Below, in pieces: positions 56,771 to 64,000 of a DNA stretch of 64,000 bases; the stretch's first letter is position 1, and each line of letters opens with the position of its first letter. The position numbers were made by a program, and so were the translations under genes. Origin of the DNA: the human T2T-CHM13v2.0 reference genome, Homo sapiens; the NCBI RefSeq assembly GCF_009914755.1, contig NC_060933.1; one strand, written 5' to 3'. The notes beneath the pieces are model-generated. The model saw only the letters and a program-made list of their open reading frames with translations. It was not told the origin of the DNA and did not search any database.

Positions 56771-57491
56771 GGATCCATCACCTTAGAATAAAGTCTGAAG
56801 TCTTTTATATAACATGTACAGAGCTTCATGACCTGACCTCACTATTGAATTTTCTGGCGTGCATGCTAACATCTTCTGTGTCCATTACTTATGGTGAATT
56901 ACTTGCAAGCTCAAGAACAAGTATCCCCTCCTCTAAACCCTACTTCAAAACACACACACAAACCTACTTAAAATATTTTCTTGGAATATTTCCTTAATCT
57001 TGCAAGACCGGCTCAATGCCCTTTTTTTGCACTATTACTCCATTTTATATTTTTTTTTCAACACTCCTCATACTAGGGGTCGATTTGGCTGCTTTTAGCA
57101 TATCTCTCCCCCACTACCCTACAAGTGCTCCTGAAAGGCAGAGATGAATAATCCCTTGGTGTCATCAGAGGCTAACAGAGTGCATACACATTAGTAGAGA
57201 CTCAATAAATATTTGTTGAATTAATGCACAGGTGAGCACTTTTATCTCAAACTGTTTACCAGCAGGGAGACTTATTTCTTTCATATCATTTGTATTTACC
57301 TACTTCTTTCTCATACAAAGCACACTCCCCCATGAATGTGATGTAGAACTAGGTGAGCTGGGTGTCATGCTAGAGTCGCAGAGAGGCTGTCACAAGTGCT
57401 CAGCGACGGAAGCTGTACCTTGCTGACTTTCTCTGAACAATAAATCTGCAATTTGAGGAAAAGCAAAGTTACCTACACCCCCCACCCCCAC

Positions 57492-57503
57492 CACACACAC
57501 ACA

Positions 57504-57539
<36 letters not shown>
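57492..57539 (+). repeat. (CA)6 GA (CA)17 microsatellite
   Basis: Counted directly. Confidence 0.97.
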
Positions 57540-57540
<1 letters not shown>

Positions 57541-58040
57541 CCTGCCTTGAAATGCTGCTGATTGCCATGGATGTTCTTGGGTGAGAAGCAATCCCTGAGG
57601 GACAAATGTCCCCTGAGCATTACACATCAAAGACAACCTGGTGAGCACGGTGCAGTAGGAACTAGAAGACGAGATGTCACAGACTGTTCCTATCACCTGG
57701 GCTGATTAATAAATTAGACTCTCGCGAATCGTGGGACGTGCAAGTGCACTGTGTACATGAATCAATGTATGCTGATAGCTTAAAGAGACCTTGCCAGTAT
57801 GGTGGCACGTGTTCCTCAGGGCATCAAAAATCTTTCTGTCTCTGGCGCTCTTTCTTTAGCTTCCTCCTAAAAAGCGTCTTCCTAGTATAAGAATGGAGCA
57901 AATGCTACCTTCATAGAGTACCTACGCTACAAAGCACACCAACCAATCATCCCCACTGCAGTTGTTGGAAGTCCAGTAAGACATCTCAGAGTCCCTGCTG
58001 CTGGATTTGCAGGGGTGGATACTTCAGGTATTTGTTTTAG

Positions 58041-58575
<535 letters not shown>

Positions 58576-61237
58576 CTATAGCGACCATTGTATGGTTCAC
58601 AAAAGGTTACACACTAACTTGAGGCTGGAAGCTTCCATCAAGGTGAGCGGGGAAGAGTCAGGTATAGATAAAGGGTGGGATGCAAAGCCTTCCTCCAAGC
58701 CAGTCTGGGAATCCATAGCTAATGAGACCCAGTAATTCTTGTGCCCAGGAGGAAGGCCTTGAGAGATAAAGAAATTGCCCAGAGGCAGAAGCCTGAGCAT
58801 TCTGGTTCCTTTTATTAGACATACAAAGGTATCCAGTAGCTGTAGAACTCTACATAAAAGAATGCATCCTGCCACAGGGTGCTGAAAATGGAATTGGAGT
58901 CTGTAAGCCTGGATGCTGCACGGGAAAAGGCTGCCTGACCAGTAGGTCTGCAGCCTGCAGCTGTTGGTGGCACTGATTGGTATTTGAGGGTTAATGAAAC
59001 CCTTCTCCGCTGCCTTTGTCTTAGTTCCAGCACTCCCTTTCTCTCCCTTAAATTACTGCCACAGTTTTCTAACCCATCTCTCTTTCTCCCTTTCTCCCAC
59101 TCCTCAGGCTGCTGCCCAAGCAATTCTAACTTTATATCCGTGCATGTCAGCTTCATGTTTCAAAGCCCTCATTGTTCTCTTTTTGCCCCCATCAGCCAAG
59201 GCACAGGTTCTAACCTGATTAACACAAACCCATTGCAAACTCTGCTAATCACACATGGTACAATTTTCCTCTGAACCAAAACACGACCATGTTAGTGCAT
59301 CAGCATTTTAAAAAATAAATGAATTGTAAAGGAACACATTATATTTGAATGGAATAGAATAGAAGATATCTTGATATTTAAGAAGCATCACATGTAGTAA
59401 GGTTAAGTTTTTTTTCATGGATTTTTATTTCAATCATATATTTTTATCTATATTTCCAGCTAGGTTTATTGAGTGAGTGTCAAACTAAAATGTATTTGTT
59501 CACATGTATTCAGGTCAAAAATGTACAAAAACAACAACAAAGAAAAAACACTGTTCTAAATGGCTATCTAGTAATATTCTGCCAATTCACTAGACTTTAA
59601 AGATTGGTTGAAATTCATGTGCTATCTCAAATTTCTTTTGTTGTTGGCTTGAAGCTGCTCTCCAACCTTATGCCCTACTATCAGTACTACTCAAAATACA
59701 CACAAAACACATGAAGACGTATAGTTCCAGGCTTTCTCCTGTTTCCTGACTTCACAGGTGCTATTCCACTTGATAAGGTGCTTCTCTCCTCACTGCATTC
59801 TCATGAATCCTAATCCTCCTTGAAGCCTATGTTCAACACCTCTTCCTCCAGCATGCCTTTCCAAACATGCCTCTTCCTCCTCTCCTTCCCCAACTTTGCC
59901 ACCTCAATGCAATGTAAGTTCCCATTCCCTACACCCACAGAGCTTCAGTGGCATCTCTCAAGGCACATGACACTGTGGTTATTTGCCTTTCAGTCAGTCT
60001 CCCCCAAAGAGACCATGAATTCCTTGAGGGAAGGGATCAATGATTTCTTCCCTCTATCCCCAGGAAACAGTGCAGGGCCTGACTAGTAGGAGTTTAGAGA
60101 TCAGTAAACATTTTTTCAAATGAGTGAGTAAGCTGCAGGTGCCCCAGATCACAGATCCAGTCTCTCTTTCTTCCTTGGCCAAGATTTGGAGCACAGTATT
60201 TGAAGCCCTAAGGGCTTTTCTCCATTTCTCCTCCTAATCTACCGAATCATAACAATCGCTATCTTTAGATCAGTTTAAAGACTCTGTATCAGTCTGTCCA
60301 TAAGAGTGGGTGGGCAAGTAGGTCCATTTTCAGACACTGCTCGTGACAAAAGCTGGACAATTGTTCTGTAGAAATTGTAGCTGACTATGGTTTGTAACTC
60401 ACAGAAGTCAGTTCAGTAATGGCATGGGAGCAAAGAGGTAAAATACTGTAAACGTACCAATTTGGTAGCAATAAAGCTATCATTTTTAGAATTGGAAGAT
60501 CAATTTTAAATAATCAACACTAAAGATTATCTTTGAATTGGCACCAGATGGCCCAGAAAAATGTTTGCTGGATATCCTCCTCCACTTTTATCTATTCAGG
60601 GAGACCTTGATAAAAAATTTGGATTAAGCGAGGGATGTATGTGGGCTGGAGGGTAAGGGGAGGTACAGGTTCATGCCTCTCACCAATGCTGTCAGCCTTT
60701 AAATGGCTGAAATTGACAAACATGAATATGGGCCATCATCCCATTCTCATCTTTTGAGTCAACAAGGAATGTTCTGAAGGGAAGAAAAAGTGTCTTTTAA
60801 CACACTTGGTCTAAGCCGGTTTTTAATGACACAATCCATGTATATCTGGACCTAACAATGGAGGCTGAATATCTTACTTCCTAAGGAATACTGTAGTCAG
60901 AGTCAAAAGGCACTAGAATTCCCAGAAGGGAGAATTTTCTTTTTTTGACTGGAGAGCTAGTTTGCCTTAACCACTCCCTCTATGCTAGAGAAAGCAAAAA
61001 TGGATCCACCTCTCTTCATGCATTGAACTGCCATCCTGGTCTGTGGCCATGTCAAAAACATGGATGATTCTTTCCCCATTTTATTCTATGGACATACACT
61101 CTAGGAATCCAGTCATTACAGTGGTACCTATATTTAAGCCATCCCAATTCAAACTCATGAAGACCAAAATCTAAGACCATTTATTCAAATATTCTTCCCA
61201 CCACTCTTTTTTTTTCTTCTTCCCCAGAAATGCTAGA

Positions 61238-61468
61238 GCAGGATTTCTCAACCTCTACACAACTGAAAGTATGTTGGATAACTGTTTGCTGGAGAAGGCT
61301 ATCCTATGCATTGTAAGGTATTTAGCGGCATCCCAGATCCCTGCTTGCTACCCACGAGATGCCAGAAGCACCCCCAACAAACACCACCACCAGTTGGACG
61401 CCAAGAATCTCCCCAAATACAATTGCTAAGTGTCCCCGTAGGAAGCAAAATTATCCCTGACTGACAAT
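61238..61468 (+). mobile_element. MER20 hAT-Charlie element
   Basis: caggatttctcaacct...tcctatgcattgtaaggtatttagcggcatccc...ctacccacgagatgccagaagcacc...tgtccccgtaggaagcaaaat. Confidence 0.8.
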
Positions 61469-63544
61469 AATTTTTTTTAGCTCCTGTCTCTCCTAGACCA
61501 GTTAAATCTAAATACCTGGAGAAAGATCCAAGCATTAGTATTTTTAACTCTGCAGGTAATTCTAATATCCAGCCACTTATTTGCATACTGGATCAAAATT
61601 GTACCGAACTCAACTGTGGTTCTGCCCTCTATTGAGGTTTGTATATCTATACCACAGGGGGAATGCCAAACTTGGGAATTTGAAATGAAAAGGGGAAAGA
61701 AGAACAAAAGGTTTGTGATGAGAAAACTGAAGCTGATAATTTTTTTCCATCACAAACCAGGAGGTAGATTTAGACCAATAACTCAAAGCAAAAGCTTAAC
61801 AAGAAGATTGCCTTCCTCAGCCAGTTAACCAGTTACTCAAAACGAAGAGGTATCCCTTTTAGTGTGCTCTGACGTAGGCTGGAATCCAAAGAAGCAATAC
61901 GCAAGCTGTCAAATTTAAGCAGAGCCCACAATTCCCTGAGTCTGCTCACCAGAATTTCAATTCCTCTAAGAAAAAGAGGTTGTACGGTTAAAAAGATAGG
62001 GCCAAATACTGTTACATAGTCTAATATTAATAAAGGTCTGCGGTAAGAAGTCCTGTGTAACTTTGGGTTTTCCATGTGCAGGTCTATATCATTTGGGAGG
62101 CAGCTGGGCAAGGTCAAGGATGCAGCCTCTAGAATCACACATGCCTATGACAGGTCCTGCTGTATCACAAATTAACCCTTTCACTACGTACAAGCTGTGC
62201 AAATGGAGAGATAATAGCAATACCTACTGCACAGGATTATTGTAAGCATCAGTTGGAATAATTTCTATACCAGATAAAGTACAATGCTAATCACTTAAGA
62301 TTTCAATATTAGCAATTAACTTATCACTGTTGTGATGATTATTGCTTCTTTGACTATGAGAGTCATCATGGAAAAATAAATGGGTGTTCTTTTTTTCCAG
62401 AAAACATCTTTTAATATTACATTGAACTAGAGTTCTCTGTAACATACATTAAGAAATGCTGATTTCGACTACTTTATGCCACACTAATAGAAATCTAGCT
62501 CTTTTACTGCATGATATCAAGATTATACCTGGAATCAAAAGCTGAAGGCTTCTTTCAAGTTCAAACACAAGCCCCTGGAGTGGGGCAAGGGTGGGCTTCT
62601 CTCTAAACTCCACTTGTCTGTAAGCTCCTTGAGGGCAGGAATCCTGTTCATCACAAGATAAACTCCCCATGTACAATATCTGGCATATCGAGATGCCTAA
62701 TCTATACTCTTGAATGACTGCTGTATAAAGACCACATCTCATTCATCTTAGTAGAACCATTCATCCATCCCCAGCACCATCCATTTAGCCAAGTAGCTTT
62801 ACCACAAAACCTATTATTTTTGTGAAACACACGAAGAAATTATCAGGACAACAGAGGAGGGCTGAGATCTATACAACTCTGAAATAAATATGCAATACAG
62901 CCAGGCAATTAGACTTGGCTTACCAAGATTTGATTTACACTCAACTTTCAGGTATATATTTACAGCTCAAAGGGAGATGCAACGTAAGCCACAAACCACT
63001 TGTTCTGCAACCAGCAGGGAAAACCACTCAATATGGAACCACCTCTTGTGACACAGTGACCACCATTCCCAGAATCTCCCCTTTGCCCTGACTCTTCAGA
63101 TCCAAAGAGTACCATAATTATTCTATTAAAACCATCTTTGAAATAATTGCTAAATTTACAGCAGCTACTGATGATCTCACAGTTAGGAAAAAAAAAACAG
63201 AAAATAAAACACAAAAAGGTATTGGAAACACAGGAAAAATCTTTGGACTAACTGACTTTGAAATTACCATGAGAATAAAAGAATAATTCCTAGTAAACAA
63301 CCAACATCTGAAGTGGAAGAGGGAACCATCATTCCGACATGCCTTTGTGAAGCTCCTGGAAAATTCTAAACTCTATATATTTGAAATCTAAGTTATTGCT
63401 CATCCCACTTGCATAAGGCATTTAATATCATCTCAGTTTCACAGAGGGGAAAACTGAGTCTCAGAGCGGTTGAAACTTGCCCATGGTCAAAGGAAGCCTG
63501 TTAGCATTTGGTAATAAATCAGGTAACTAAGAACCAGGGAGAGT

Positions 63545-63750
63545 TGTGACAGCATAGAGTTAAGGGCCCATGTTCGGAAGTCCCACAGACCAGCTTTTGA
63601 ATCCCAGCTGTGCCACTTTCCAGTTGTGTAATATGAACAATGGGCTCTTAGTGCCTTTCTCATTTGTGATATGGGACAATAATAGTATTTCCCTTCAGAG
63701 TGTGGCTATGAGGAGTTAATGACTAATATATGTATAGTCTTAACAGAAAG
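63545..63750 (+). mobile_element. MIR SINE
   Basis: agcatagagttaagggc...ttgaatcccagctgtgccact...ttctcatttgtgatatgggacaataatagta...gagttaatgactaatatatgta. Confidence 0.75.
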
Positions 63751-64000
63751 TGAAAATAAGTTACTTTGTTAGAATGATGATTTAAAACTCTAATGAAAAA
63801 AATTCAAGCATAAGATAACTTACATTTTACAAGGCACTTTCACACAAACTGTATCTCATTGACCTAGTAGGTAGGGCAGACATCATTATCCCTTTCTACA
63901 GAGGGGGAAATTGAATATCTGAGCGGTCATTTCTATCCATGAAAAGATAATTGTTTCATTATTCACTTTTTATGCCCTCTGTCCTTCACTCCTAACTCTG

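Noticed and set aside
58868-58886. Second RE1-like sequence (minus strand TTCAGCACCCTGTGGCAGG)
   Set aside because: Only the left half-site matches; there is no GGACAG right half at canonical spacing.

Overview
Primate (most likely human) genomic DNA from inside the BRINP1 (DBC1/FAM5A) gene, transcribed on the minus strand. The only supportable coding sequence is one 191-bp internal exon (3128-3318, minus; probably exon 3) encoding part of the MACPF domain. Bases 1-3127 and 3319-64000 are intronic and dominated by interspersed repeats: 22 Alu/FLAM copies, L1 and L2 fragments, MIRs, ERVL/MaLR solo LTRs and hAT/Tigger DNA transposon relics, plus several microsatellites. I found no CpG island, RNA gene, CRISPR array or second gene, and the other ORFs look like repeat or low-complexity noise. 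I did not find a new biological system. The best leads are a near-consensus REST/NRSF RE1 site at 7272-7292, competing or cryptic splice signals around the exon, an odd internally deleted Alu inside a three-level transposon nest, inverted Alu pairs, and a few repeat-free, motif-rich candidate enhancers. Repeat subfamily names come from recalled consensus sequences, and boundaries of the old elements are approximate.
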